NCBI GenBank assembly: GCA_034716895.1
Contig: JAYEKW010000062.1
Span: 17,885-81,884, forward strand
From: Fidelibacterota bacterium
GTDB taxonomy: Bacteria > Fidelibacterota > UBA8477 > JABMPR01
Direction of reading: 5' to 3'
Length of the DNA: 64,000 bases
Under the pieces are notes generated by a model that saw only the letters and a list, made by a program, of their open reading frames with translations, made no database searches and was not told the DNA's origin. Shown here piece after piece: positions 37,737 to 47,406 of this stretch; within the stretch, counting starts at the first letter, position 1; each line of letters begins with the position of its first letter. A program made the position numbers and the translations under genes.

Positions 37737-38728
37737 AACCAATGATGATCTTATTGAAACGCGAATGGCTGGAATGGAAACGAGTGATTATCGGAACTAT
37801 CCTGGTTATCACTTTCCTGAATCTATTAATGCTTCTGTCAGTCTCACGTGGTTCAAACTGGTTTCATGAAACCCTAGAGCGTGATGGTGAGATCAAGATG
37901 GAAGACATCAAGATCAATAATGAGGAAGTTGGTGATGTAACCATTCACATGCAGGGTGAAGACTTCGAAATCCAATTTGAGGGAGATGGACCTACCAAAT
38001 CAGTTGATAAAGCGCTAAAAAAGGCAGCTCAACCAATTGCATTTGGGCTGCAACTGGGGATGCAGACCACTTTCGCGTTCGTTCTGTTTCTCAGTCTATT
38101 CTATTTTTCCGATGCCATTTATAAAGAACGAGCAGATAACAGTACCCTGTTCTTCCGCAGTTTACCAGTAAGTGATCATATACTATTGGGGTCAAAGATC
38201 TTAGCCGGATTAGTGGGCGTTATAGGGTTAACGCTCTTTCTCTCAATCGAATATCTGCTTTTCGCACGTATAGCTATCATGATTATGGGGGAACCTCTCT
38301 ATACCATGGCATCCGCTGTGTTTGACCAGATCTCCTTTATTGGTCTCATCTGGAGATGGTTCTCATATCTTCTATATGCAGCCATTCGCATGGCACCTCT
38401 GGCACTATTTCTCATGCTGGTGGGAACATACGTCAAGGGAAGACCTCTTCTCATTGGGATCGGTGGACCTTTTTTGTTTGCCATAAGTTGGGCGATCATT
38501 TTCAAGAGTGGAGCACTGTTCAAGCTTATAGGAAAATTTTTCTGGGGTTTCAACCTGGCCAAGATCGACCCCTTATCAAAAATGCTTAATGACGCAGATG
38601 GAGGGCTTTCTTATGGAAATCCGTGGGAATATATTTTCAACCTGGAAACCCTCACAATTTTGTTGGTATCGGGATTGCTTTACTATGGGCTATGGATGAT
38701 TTACAAAAAGAACATACCCACCGGATAA
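37733..38728 (+). CDS. ABC-2-type transporter permease
   Basis: 331 aa polytopic membrane protein. Its start overlaps the ATPase stop. Confidence 0.65.
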   Translation: MKPMMILLKREWLEWKRVIIGTILVITFLNLLMLLSVSRGSNWFHETLERDGEIKMEDIKINNEEVGDVTIHMQGEDFEIQFEGDGPTKSVDKALKKAAQPIAFGLQLGMQTTFAFVLFLSLFYFSDAIYKERADNSTLFFRSLPVSDHILLGSKILAGLVGVIGLTLFLSIEYLLFARIAIMIMGEPLYTMASAVFDQISFIGLIWRWFSYLLYAAIRMAPLALFLMLVGTYVKGRPLLIGIGGPFLFAISWAIIFKSGALFKLIGKFFWGFNLAKIDPLSKMLNDADGGLSYGNPWEYIFNLETLTILLVSGLLYYGLWMIYKKNIPTG

Positions 38729-38760
38729 GTGTAAAGTCTCCGGAGAAAAGGAAAGAAGTC

Positions 38761-39585
38761 ATGAAAACCAAAACAGCCTTAACACTAGCCGTGATTCTGG
38801 GACTGATTACTTACAGTTTGCCCCTTTATGCAGCTACCAACAAGGCCTACCATGTTGAAGAGCGTACGGTGATTGAAATTCCGGTTGTCGGAAAGATCAC
38901 AACTCTTACCAGTAGCTATCTCTCCGGCTGTAAGCTCAAAGAAACAACCCTGATCAAAATGCATAACACCTTGGTCAAAATGATCAGTGATTCTGATGGA
39001 AAAAGCCAGGAGATTTTGCTCTCTGATCTGTGTGATAAGATCAGGTGGCGCTATGATGAGAACAAACAGGTTTACAGTAGTGTTTCTTTTGAGGAAGTGA
39101 GGCAGGAACGAGTTCGTCAGGAAGCAGAAAATGAACTTCAGATTGATATGGAGTCAGATCAAAATGATATAGATGACTCGCCTCGCTTGACTCACGAGAT
39201 AATGGGCTATGAAAAAAATATAAATGGCTTTAAAGCTCGTAAAGTAGTGACCAGGGTTTATGTCAAAAGTATTGATAATCCGATAATCATCGAAGAGTAT
39301 TATGCTGCTGATACCAAACCGCTGAAGAAGATTACTGTTGCCAGGGAAAAAGTGGCGCAGGAAATGGGGGCAGGTGACAATCATATTGATGGGGTTCCCG
39401 GTTTCATCATGGCTGCATATGATGGTATGCGTCAGGATAAGGAATTAGCCCGTCCTGAGGGTGAGGTCGTTCGCTTTGTGATCAGTTTACTTGATAATGA
39501 TGATGACCCCATCTTTTCGATGAAGTATGATGTACTTAAAGCTGAAAAAATTGCGTATCAGCCGGATCATTTTGCTTTGAAGTAA
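38761..39585 (+). CDS. Secreted hypothetical protein
   Basis: MKTKTALTLAVILGLITYSLPLYAA signal peptide. The ORF-track start at 38623 overlaps the permease and is rejected. Confidence 0.55.
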   Translation: MKTKTALTLAVILGLITYSLPLYAATNKAYHVEERTVIEIPVVGKITTLTSSYLSGCKLKETTLIKMHNTLVKMISDSDGKSQEILLSDLCDKIRWRYDENKQVYSSVSFEEVRQERVRQEAENELQIDMESDQNDIDDSPRLTHEIMGYEKNINGFKARKVVTRVYVKSIDNPIIIEEYYAADTKPLKKITVAREKVAQEMGAGDNHIDGVPGFIMAAYDGMRQDKELARPEGEVVRFVISLLDNDDDPIFSMKYDVLKAEKIAYQPDHFALK

Positions 39586-39706
39586 GTTCGCTATTATGTA
39601 GAGAAAATAAAGTTAGGGAAATAGCATAAATAATTGCGTGGCATATTGATTGCCATTGAATAGAATAGTCTTTGTGGGTTGGATCGGCTCATGATAACTA
39701 TAAGAA

Positions 39707-40543
39707 ATGACACCTATACCGATTCTCAAGTATTCGAGGGATATCCTAATGGGAAACACATCACGTTTACAACGCTTTATAGATTTATTCTTTGTTCCAA
39801 GTCGAGCCTTTGATGATTTTGTTAATGGTGTTTCATTCAAAGACTGGTTAATCCCACTACTCATTGTTACAGCTGCCATTGTAATTTTACCTTTTTTCTT
39901 CAGGGATGTGAGTTTTTATGAGGCAGAGCAACGGTTAATAAAAACCGAACAATCAATAGCCAACAATCCAGATATCCCGGATGACACCAAGGAAATGATA
40001 TCAGAACGCATGCATGATGCCCGGGAAAAGATCAACGACTCACGTGAAAATCCATTAGCCTTAAGAAATTTATGGGGTTACCCGTTAATTCCCATAATGC
40101 TGTTTATAATGGCCGCTTTCTTTTCAGCGATCCTTTTGCTTGTTGGTAATTTTGGGTTGGGTGGTCAGGTGAAGTTTTTCCAGATATTCAGTATGGTGAT
40201 GATGACTTATCTCATTAGTGGAAATGGATTCTTCATGAATATGATTCCTGGTGTAGGAACCCTGGAGCTGCTTGTTAAAACGCCCTTGATTATGATCAAG
40301 GAATCAACGGATATGATATTTAGCCCCGGACTAATTTTCGATGATATAGATTCATTTTTTAAACAATTTTTAAACCAGCTGGATATCTTTCGCATTTGGG
40401 GTATGGTGGTAATGGGATTTGGATTTGCCAAACTCTATAACAAGCCCACTGCAACTGGCATGATCGCAGTAGGCATCCCCTGGTTGATCCTGGTCTCTCT
40501 TGGTGCTGCTCTCCTCCAGGCTAATTCTGTTGGAATGGGCTAG
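39707..40543 (+). CDS. Yip1-domain-like integral membrane protein
   Basis: An N-terminal cytoplasmic segment is followed by 5 TM. The start is possibly Met at 39749. Confidence 0.5.
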   Translation: MTPIPILKYSRDILMGNTSRLQRFIDLFFVPSRAFDDFVNGVSFKDWLIPLLIVTAAIVILPFFFRDVSFYEAEQRLIKTEQSIANNPDIPDDTKEMISERMHDAREKINDSRENPLALRNLWGYPLIPIMLFIMAAFFSAILLLVGNFGLGGQVKFFQIFSMVMMTYLISGNGFFMNMIPGVGTLELLVKTPLIMIKESTDMIFSPGLIFDDIDSFFKQFLNQLDIFRIWGMVVMGFGFAKLYNKPTATGMIAVGIPWLILVSLGAALLQANSVGMG

Positions 40544-40599
40544 GTTCTTCCAACTTACCAGACAATTAATCAATAATTTTTAAAACTACAGGACTATCA

Positions 40600-41868
40600 A
40601 TGCTCTATAGACCAGGCAAATTATTCATATTCATCCTTCTAAATATCCCCATGCTTGCCTTTAGCCAGGGTCAAAAAACGCTGAACCTGGATGAGTGTAT
40701 TGAGTTAGGATTGAAGCAAAACCAATCCTTACAGATCAACCGCTTTGAGACTGATCGGAGTGTTTCTCAGGCTAAAAGTAATATCGGTATGATATTACCC
40801 AGCGTGAATTATTCTCTCTCAGGTTCTTCCACTGATATTGGAGGCTTGGGCTGGAACGAGCGTTACAGTACTTCCCTAAGTATTTCGCAGAATATCTGGG
40901 ATGGTGGTCGCTGGTGGAACACCCTGAAATCAGCTGAAGTGGCTCAGGATCTGGCTGATATTCAGTTGACCAGCTACGAATTGAGTACCGTTTACCAGGT
41001 CAAGGTGGCGTTCTATAACTATCTCTCAACCCTGAAATTATTGGATGTGTATCGCGAAAATCGTGCGACTAGTGAATATCAACATCAATTAACTCTGGAA
41101 CGCTTCAAGCTTGGAGCAGCTTCACAAAATGATACTCTGAAAACCAGGGTGAACATAGAACAATCAAGATTGCAAATAATCAATGGAGAAGCTGACCTGC
41201 AAGCAAAGGCTCGTGATATGAATATAATTCTGGGCCGCGAGTGGGATACTGAGTTAACGCTTCTGGAACCTGCATGGGTGGCAGTGAAAGTTCCCGAATT
41301 ACAGAATATACTTGAAGATGTATTGGCGGCGAATCCTCAATTAAAATTGCTGGATCGAAATAAGGAAGTTTCCGGTTATAATGTAAAAATAGCCAGAGCC
41401 GGCTATATCCCCTCGTTGGGAATGAACGCATCCTACACCAATGGAGGTTCAGAATTCGGGGATGTATTTGGTGATAACACTGCCTCGCTTTCAACTGGTT
41501 TGAATCTGACCTGGAACTTGTTTAATGGAACGCGTACTCGGCGGAGTGTTGAGCAAAGTAAGATCAGTGCAAAGATTGCTGTTGAGAACTATGATCTGGC
41601 AGAGCGAAATTTGAGAAAAAATTTGGCGCAAACGTTGGAGAGTATGGAAACCCTTGGGACATCAGTAGAAATATCACAATTGATCCTGAATGCTTCTGAA
41701 CAGGATTTGCTCCTGGCTCAGGAACAATATAAAATTGGGTCGCTCTCAATTTTAGACGTTTTGCGCATCACAGCTAGCTACGAGGATGCCAGATTAAGCT
41801 TGATCAGGGCTCAATATAATTTGAAAATAGCCGAAGCAGGACTCCACCAGCTCATGGGAAAACAATAA
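40600..41868 (+). CDS. TolC-family outer membrane efflux protein
   Basis: 422 aa with signal peptide. Has two repeated OEP-type segments. Confidence 0.8.
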   Translation: MLYRPGKLFIFILLNIPMLAFSQGQKTLNLDECIELGLKQNQSLQINRFETDRSVSQAKSNIGMILPSVNYSLSGSSTDIGGLGWNERYSTSLSISQNIWDGGRWWNTLKSAEVAQDLADIQLTSYELSTVYQVKVAFYNYLSTLKLLDVYRENRATSEYQHQLTLERFKLGAASQNDTLKTRVNIEQSRLQIINGEADLQAKARDMNIILGREWDTELTLLEPAWVAVKVPELQNILEDVLAANPQLKLLDRNKEVSGYNVKIARAGYIPSLGMNASYTNGGSEFGDVFGDNTASLSTGLNLTWNLFNGTRTRRSVEQSKISAKIAVENYDLAERNLRKNLAQTLESMETLGTSVEISQLILNASEQDLLLAQEQYKIGSLSILDVLRITASYEDARLSLIRAQYNLKIAEAGLHQLMGKQ

Positions 41869-41877
41869 GAGGAAATC

Positions 41878-43122
41878 ATGACCAAAAAGAAAATAATTAT
41901 AATCGTTGTTGCAGTGGTCCTCCTGGGAGTCATTGGATATTTTGCAGTCAATAAGGAAAAAGGAAGCAGCAAGGATGTTCAGGCAGCCAGGGTTGAAAGA
42001 GGAGAGGTTGTCCACAAGGTAGCTGCCTCTGGTAAGATTCAACCTGTGGTAGAGGTTGCTGTTAGTGCCGATGTTGCTGGTCGCGTAATTAAAATGGCGG
42101 TTAAAGAAGGTGACTGGGTCAAAAAAGGACAATTCCTGGCACAACTGGATGCGACTCGTTACAAAGCAGATGTCGATCGGGCTGAACAAGTGCAGGCATC
42201 GGCTGATGCATCGCTTTCCCTGGCAGCCCTGGAAAAAAATCAACAATATAAACTTTATCAAAAGCAGATGGTGAGTGAGCTGATCTTTCAAAGCGCTATG
42301 GTTCGTTACCAACAAGCCCTGTCATCTACAAAACAAGCCCAGGCCGCTCTGACTCAATCGCGTGATAATTATAATAAAACCATAATGTTTGCTCCTATGT
42401 CAGGTACGGTAACACTGGTCAACAAGGAAGTTGGGGAGATGGCTCTGGGGTCAGCATTCAGTCGTGATATCATTATGGTTATTGCGGATCTAAACGATAT
42501 GGAAGTATTAGTTGATGTCAACGAGAATGATGTTGTTGATGTGACTCTAGGAGATACCACTGAGATCGAAATAGATGCTTTACAGGACACCATGTTTACG
42601 GGGATTGTCACTGAGATAGCCCATAGTGCCCAAAACAGTAATCTGGGGAGCCTGGACCAAGTAACCAATTTTAAAGTACATATCCGCTTAATGGATCCGC
42701 CCGATGAAATACGTCCCGGAATGTCTGCTGCAGTGGATATTCGGACGAATGTTCAACGGGATGTCTTATTTGTGCCTATTCAAAGTGTAACCATGCGGAA
42801 ACCACGGCAACTTGAAGAAAAACAGGATAAAGAGTTAAGCCGGGCGGATAGCAGCATGGATAATGAGGATGAAGACCTTGACCCAGTTGAGGTTGTATTT
42901 GTGATAGTGGATAATGAGAAGGGTAAGGGTCAGAAAGTCGAACAACGGGAGATCATCACTGGAATCATAGGTGAGCGTGATTTTGAGATCATCTCTGGTT
43001 TGGAGCTTGATGACCAGATCATTACCGGACCGTATAAACAAATCAGTCGTGGTCTCAATGATGGTGATAAGGTAAAGATAACCAAGCGGAAGAAGTTTAA
43101 TGCAGGGAAAGAAGAAAAATAG
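41878..43122 (+). CDS. macA: Efflux membrane-fusion (periplasmic adaptor) protein, MacA/HlyD family
   Basis: N-terminal TM, coiled-coil hairpin, lipoyl and beta-barrel regions (GKIQPVVEVAVSADVAGRV, LDATRY...), and a MacA-type C-terminus. Confidence 0.8.
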   Translation: MTKKKIIIIVVAVVLLGVIGYFAVNKEKGSSKDVQAARVERGEVVHKVAASGKIQPVVEVAVSADVAGRVIKMAVKEGDWVKKGQFLAQLDATRYKADVDRAEQVQASADASLSLAALEKNQQYKLYQKQMVSELIFQSAMVRYQQALSSTKQAQAALTQSRDNYNKTIMFAPMSGTVTLVNKEVGEMALGSAFSRDIIMVIADLNDMEVLVDVNENDVVDVTLGDTTEIEIDALQDTMFTGIVTEIAHSAQNSNLGSLDQVTNFKVHIRLMDPPDEIRPGMSAAVDIRTNVQRDVLFVPIQSVTMRKPRQLEEKQDKELSRADSSMDNEDEDLDPVEVVFVIVDNEKGKGQKVEQREIITGIIGERDFEIISGLELDDQIITGPYKQISRGLNDGDKVKITKRKKFNAGKEEK

Positions 43123-43138
43123 AATTCAGAATTCAGAA
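43121..43138. repeat. Left inverted repeat AGAATTCAGAATTCAGAA of the four-helix-bundle cassette
   Basis: Perfect 18-bp inverse complement of 43565-43582. Confidence 0.85.
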
Positions 43139-43152
43139 GACAGTAGACGAGA

Positions 43153-43503
43153 ATGCTGACTCCAGCAAGAAAATTTGAAGATTTACTGGTTTGGCAAAAA
43201 GCTCATGCGTTTGTACTATCAATCTATACCTTGTCCAAAACTTTTCCAAAAACAGAACAATTTGGTCTTACCAGTCAGTTTCGCCGAGCTGCAGTTTCAG
43301 TTCCTGCAAACATTGCAGAGGGCTGGAAGCGTAAAGGGAAAGCGGATAAGAAGCGGTTTTATAATATTGCACAGGCCTCCCTCGAAGAATGCCGTTACTA
43401 TCTATTACTCACTCATGACTTGGGATATGGTGAAACTGAAAATGCAAATTCACTTTGTATAGAAGTTTCAAAACTGCTCACTTCATATAACAGTAAAATC
43501 TGA
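43153..43503 (+). CDS. Four-helix-bundle protein (23S rRNA intervening-sequence protein family)
   Basis: 116 aa. FEDLLVWQKAHAFVLSIYTLSKTFPKTEQFGLTSQFRRAAVSVPANIAEGW...IAQASLEECRYYLLL is diagnostic of the family. It is inserted between macA and macB. Confidence 0.85.
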   Translation: MLTPARKFEDLLVWQKAHAFVLSIYTLSKTFPKTEQFGLTSQFRRAAVSVPANIAEGWKRKGKADKKRFYNIAQASLEECRYYLLLTHDLGYGETENANSLCIEVSKLLTSYNSKI

Positions 43504-43564
43504 TAAAATGACGATGATTAAAAAAACGATAAATGATTCTGACAAGAATTCTAACTACTGGATT

Positions 43565-43582
43565 CTGAATTCTGAATTCTTA
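43565..43582. repeat. Right inverted repeat TTCTGAATTCTGAATTCT of the four-helix-bundle cassette
   Basis: Perfect inverse complement of 43121-43138. Extra GAATTC/TTCTGA motifs lie at 43537-43560. Confidence 0.85.
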
Positions 43583-43593
43583 AAGGAATATCC

Positions 43594-44289
43594 ATGCCCC
43601 TAATCCAAGTCAAAGACCTCCATAAGATATATCAAATGGGAATTACTGAAGTTCGCGCATTGGATGGTGTTTCTATTAACATTGAATCCAATGAATATAT
43701 ATCAATCATGGGACCCTCAGGTTCAGGGAAATCCACGCTTATGAACTTGATCGGTTGCCTGGATACTCCTACCTCAGGTGATTTCTTTATGGATGGTGTG
43801 AATGTAGCCACCATGACAGATGATGAATTAGCTCATATCAGAAATAAGCAGATCGGTTTCGTTTTTCAAACTTTTAACCTGCTGTCCAAATCAACCAGTC
43901 TCAGGAATGTTGAACTGCCTTTGATCTACAATGGATCCATCAAAGCCGCTGATCGTAAAGGAATGGCCATCGCTGCTCTTGAGCGGGTGGGATTGGGTGA
44001 TCGGACTCATCACAAACCGAATGAATTATCTGGAGGACAGCGCCAGCGTGTGGCCGTAGCCAGAGCTCTGGTAAATGATCCCGCTATCATCCTGGCTGAT
44101 GAACCGACTGGAAATCTGGACTCGAAAACAGGTGAGGAGATCATGGCTCTGTTTGATGATCTACACGAACAGGGTAATACCATCATTTTGGTTACCCATG
44201 AAGAACACATTGCCGCTCACGCCAACCGGGTTGTCAGGCTTCTGGATGGTAAAATTGCTGTGGATGAATCAACACAACGAGCGAAGTAA
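43594..44289 (+). CDS. macB: ABC transporter ATP-binding protein, MacB/LolD type
   Basis: Has [12 protein letters not shown] and [15 protein letters not shown], plus [11 protein letters not shown]. Confidence 0.9.
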   Translation: MPLIQVKDLHKIYQMGITEVRALDGVSINIESNEYISIMGPSGSGKSTLMNLIGCLDTPTSGDFFMDGVNVATMTDDELAHIRNKQIGFVFQTFNLLSKSTSLRNVELPLIYNGSIKAADRKGMAIAALERVGLGDRTHHKPNELSGGQRQRVAVARALVNDPAIILADEPTGNLDSKTGEEIMALFDDLHEQGNTIILVTHEEHIAAHANRVVRLLDGKIAVDESTQRAK

Positions 44290-45510
44290 ATGAAAAGCTT
44301 CTTCTGGGAGAATTTACGCATCGCTCTGTCCGAACTTTGGGCACACAAGACTCGGACCATCTTGACCGGGACAGGTATTGTCATTGGCATCATTGCTGTG
44401 TCGCTTATGTCGACCCTGATCAGTGGTGTGGACGGTTTATTTGAAGACAGCATGAAATTTTTAGGTCGTGGAAACCTGTATGTTGAGAAATGGCCCTGGT
44501 TTGGTGATGAGGATTGGTGGACCTTAAGAAATAGACCGCGAATTGAACTTGATATGGCTGATGATATTCGAAACCGTTCTGAATATGCTCTGGAAGTTGC
44601 CACAGAAAGAGGACGCTCAGCGAACCTTAGTTATCAAGAATACTCTGCTGAGAATATTTTTATTCATGGAGTAACCTCAAATTACCCTGAAGTATCCACT
44701 GTAGATGTGGAATTTGGCCGATTTTTTACTGATTCTGAAGATCGAACAGGAGCCCAGATCATCCTGCTTGGCTCAGAAGTAGCCAAAACTCTTTTTCCCC
44801 AGGAAAACCCTCTTGATAAACTAATATTTGCTGGTTCAAAGCGTTTCAGGGTTATCGGGGTGCTGGCGGAGATGGGCAAGTTTATGGGCGCGTTTTCTCA
44901 AGATACCCAGGTTTTGATTCCCATGGAAACCTTTAATAAAATCTTTCACGGTCCCTGGGGGATGCGTCGTATTACCGTTAAAGTTCCTGAGGAACATGTT
45001 GAAGATGCCAAGGAAGAACTCCGTGGAGTTGTGCGAGTATTGCGGGGCTTGAAACCTGAAGAAAAAGATGATTTTGCAGTTAATCAACAGGATTCTTTCC
45101 GCCAAACTTACCAAGGGATCAAGATGGCCATTGGGGGAACGGGTCTAATCATTACGGCACTATCACTGTTAGTTGGGGGTATTGGTATAGCAAATATCAT
45201 GTTTGTCTCTGTTAAAGAACGTACCCGTGAGATTGGTGTACGCAAAGCGTTGGGGGCTACGCGCTCGCAGATTCAGGGGCAGTTTATGATCGAAGCCATG
45301 TTGATCACTGCTACTGGTGGCCTGGTTGGACTTCTGGTATCTACTGCTGCCAGTTTGGCTATCAGCAAATTTCTATTTCCAGCCAGCATGTCTTTCGGAA
45401 TCGCTTTCGGAGCAATTGCCCTGAGTATTGCAGTAGGACTTTTTGCCGGCCTTGCCCCTGCCAGAAAAGGAGCCAAGCTGGATCCGATCGAGGCACTTCG
45501 CTATGAATAA
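44290..45510 (+). CDS. ABC transporter permease, FtsX/MacB-like
   Basis: N-terminal TM, a large periplasmic domain, and a C-terminal FtsX-type 3-TM bundle (IGIANIMFVSVKERTREIGVRKALGA). Confidence 0.85.
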   Translation: MKSFFWENLRIALSELWAHKTRTILTGTGIVIGIIAVSLMSTLISGVDGLFEDSMKFLGRGNLYVEKWPWFGDEDWWTLRNRPRIELDMADDIRNRSEYALEVATERGRSANLSYQEYSAENIFIHGVTSNYPEVSTVDVEFGRFFTDSEDRTGAQIILLGSEVAKTLFPQENPLDKLIFAGSKRFRVIGVLAEMGKFMGAFSQDTQVLIPMETFNKIFHGPWGMRRITVKVPEEHVEDAKEELRGVVRVLRGLKPEEKDDFAVNQQDSFRQTYQGIKMAIGGTGLIITALSLLVGGIGIANIMFVSVKERTREIGVRKALGATRSQIQGQFMIEAMLITATGGLVGLLVSTAASLAISKFLFPASMSFGIAFGAIALSIAVGLFAGLAPARKGAKLDPIEALRYE

Positions 45511-45534
45511 AACAACAGTTATTACTATTTCTAC

Positions 45535-45563
45535 TTGCCACAAAGGCACAAAGACACGAAGCG
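45535..45563. repeat. Left inverted repeat of the GxxExxY cassette
   Basis: tgccacaaaggcacaaagacacgaag is the perfect 26-bp inverse complement of 46090-46115. Confidence 0.85.
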
Positions 45564-45606
45564 AATTAAGTAGATATTGTTGAAGTAGAGGTAGTTTATC
45601 AACGCG

Positions 45607-46020
45607 TTGGCATACAAAGGATTTCACGAGAGATATGAATCTCTTACAGAAAGAGAAGAGTCTATAGCAGAACAAATTGTAGATGCTGCTTTTACTGTTC
45701 ATAAAAGATTAGGACCAGGGTTACTAGAAAATATTTATGAAGTTTGCTTCTGCTATGAGCTGGAAAAACGTGGTTTGATAATCAAAAGGCAAGTAAATAT
45801 TCCAATCAAATATGATGGATTGGTATTTGATAAAGGACTACGTCTAGATGTCTTGGTCGATGACTTGATAATTTGCGAATTGAAGGCTGTTGACAAAATG
45901 AATCCAGTATGGAAGGCTCAAATTCTCAGCCACCTAAGAATGTTAAATAAAAGACTGGGGTTCTTGATAAATTTCAATGTTCCAACCATAAAAAATGGTA
46001 TCAAAAGAATTATTTTGTAA
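45607..46020 (+). CDS. GxxExxY protein (PD-(D/E)XK nuclease-fold family)
   Basis: 137 aa. Has the GPGLLENIYEVCFCYEL (GxxExxY) motif. It is inserted between two permease genes. Confidence 0.85.
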   Translation: MAYKGFHERYESLTEREESIAEQIVDAAFTVHKRLGPGLLENIYEVCFCYELEKRGLIIKRQVNIPIKYDGLVFDKGLRLDVLVDDLIICELKAVDKMNPVWKAQILSHLRMLNKRLGFLINFNVPTIKNGIKRIIL

Positions 46021-46087
46021 GGATTCGAAAGTGTTCATAGACATAGCCAACCAAGAGCCTATCCGTTGTTCAATTACTTTTATTAAA

Positions 46088-46116
46088 ACTTCGTGTCTTT
46101 GTGCCTTTGTGGCAGG
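46088..46116. repeat. Right inverted repeat of the GxxExxY cassette
   Basis: cttcgtgtctttgtgcctttgtggca is the inverse complement of 45537-45562. It lies ~30 bp upstream of the next permease start. Confidence 0.85.
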
Positions 46117-46137
46117 TAAAACAACTGACAAAAAGGG

Positions 46138-47406
46138 TTGATTCGAATGTATATTAGAACATCAATTAAAACCTTAAGTGATGCTTTCTTTATGGCTCTG
46201 GAAGCGATTCGGGACAATCTTTTGCGGTCCATTTTAACCTTGTTGGGTATTGTTATTGGTGTATTTGCCATCATTGCGGTGATGACAGCTATCCGTACCC
46301 TGGAATCATCCATTAATTCCGGCTTAAACGTATTTGGTTCGGATGTGATCTTTGTCCAAAAATCGCCGGTGATTCAAATGGGTGATCATAGCAGTCGCCG
46401 CAAATACTGGCGTAGACCGAACATTACCTATGATATGGCTTTGGAACTGAAAGAGCGCATGGTCGGAGCAGAGTTTGTCAGTGTTGCAGATGGTAGTGGA
46501 GGAAAGACCCTGCGCTATCAAAAAGAGAAAACCAACCCGAATGTGGGAGTACAGGGAGTTGATGAATGGGGTTTGGAAGCATCCAGCTACTCTCTGGACT
46601 ATGGCCGTAATTTTATCCCGGAGGATATAGAATATAATCGCCGGGTTGTGGTGCTTGGGACGGATGTAATTGAAAAGCTTTTCCCTTATATGAATCCCAT
46701 GGATCAAACCGTTACCATCAACGGGATCGGATTTAATGTGGTGGGAGTAATGAAGCGCAAGGGGGAAATGTTCGGCCAAAGTCAGGATAATTTTGTGGTG
46801 ATTCCCATTACCACTTACCTGCAACACTTCAGTAGTCGTTGGACATCTTTGGGCATATCTATCAAAGCACCGGATGCGGAAGGTTTTGATACAGTCAAGG
46901 AAGAAGTTATCGATCAGATGCGTATCGTCAGGGGTTTGGGTCCTGATGAGGAAAATGATTTTGAAGTTACATCAAATGATGCGCTTATCGAAACTTTTGG
47001 CTCATTTACAGCAGGGATTAAAATGTTTGCCGGAGCAGTAAGCGTGATTGCATTGGTGGTTGCGGGAATAGGTATCATGAACATCATGTTGGTTTCTGTC
47101 AGCGAGCGCATCAAGGAAATCGGAATTCGCAAAGCCATCGGCGCCACTCGGAACAACATTCTGTTTCAGTTTCTCTTGGAGGCAGTTTTTCTGTCACTGA
47201 TCGGGGGTGTGATCGGTGTGTTGCTGGGGGTTGGGGCAGGGAATATGATTACCCTGGTTCTTAAGAGTGTGGATACCGTGATTCCTATTGATTGGGTCTT
47301 TATCGGACTCTTTACCTGTTCTTTCATCGGGATCGTTTTTGGTATTTATCCAGCTTACAAAGCCGCTGCACTGGATCCCATTGAATCCCTCAGACATGAA
47401 AAGTAA
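46138..47406 (+). CDS. ABC transporter permease, FtsX/MacB-like (second copy)
   Basis: Same architecture as 44290-45510 (GIMNIMLVSVSERIKEIGIRKAIGA). The true start is probably the ATG at 46147. Confidence 0.85.
   Translation: MIRMYIRTSIKTLSDAFFMALEAIRDNLLRSILTLLGIVIGVFAIIAVMTAIRTLESSINSGLNVFGSDVIFVQKSPVIQMGDHSSRRKYWRRPNITYDMALELKERMVGAEFVSVADGSGGKTLRYQKEKTNPNVGVQGVDEWGLEASSYSLDYGRNFIPEDIEYNRRVVVLGTDVIEKLFPYMNPMDQTVTINGIGFNVVGVMKRKGEMFGQSQDNFVVIPITTYLQHFSSRWTSLGISIKAPDAEGFDTVKEEVIDQMRIVRGLGPDEENDFEVTSNDALIETFGSFTAGIKMFAGAVSVIALVVAGIGIMNIMLVSVSERIKEIGIRKAIGATRNNILFQFLLEAVFLSLIGGVIGVLLGVGAGNMITLVLKSVDTVIPIDWVFIGLFTCSFIGIVFGIYPAYKAAALDPIESLRHEK

Noticed and set aside
38623-38760. Upstream extension of the secreted protein ORF overlapping the ABC-2 permease
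   Set aside because: A signal peptide begins at the Met at 38761. The 138-bp overlap with the permease gene is implausible.
41794-42315. 173-aa minus-strand ORF, and similar antisense ORFs inside the FG-GAP gene (57508-58131)
   Set aside because: It is fully embedded antisense within well-supported genes (tolC/macA and the FG-GAP protein). The composition is Cys/His-rich nonsense.
43121-43582. Possible CRISPR array or restriction-site cluster (GAATTC repeats)
   Set aside because: There are only two or three short units, with no spacer periodicity and no cas genes. The geometry is a pair of inverted repeats around a gene.
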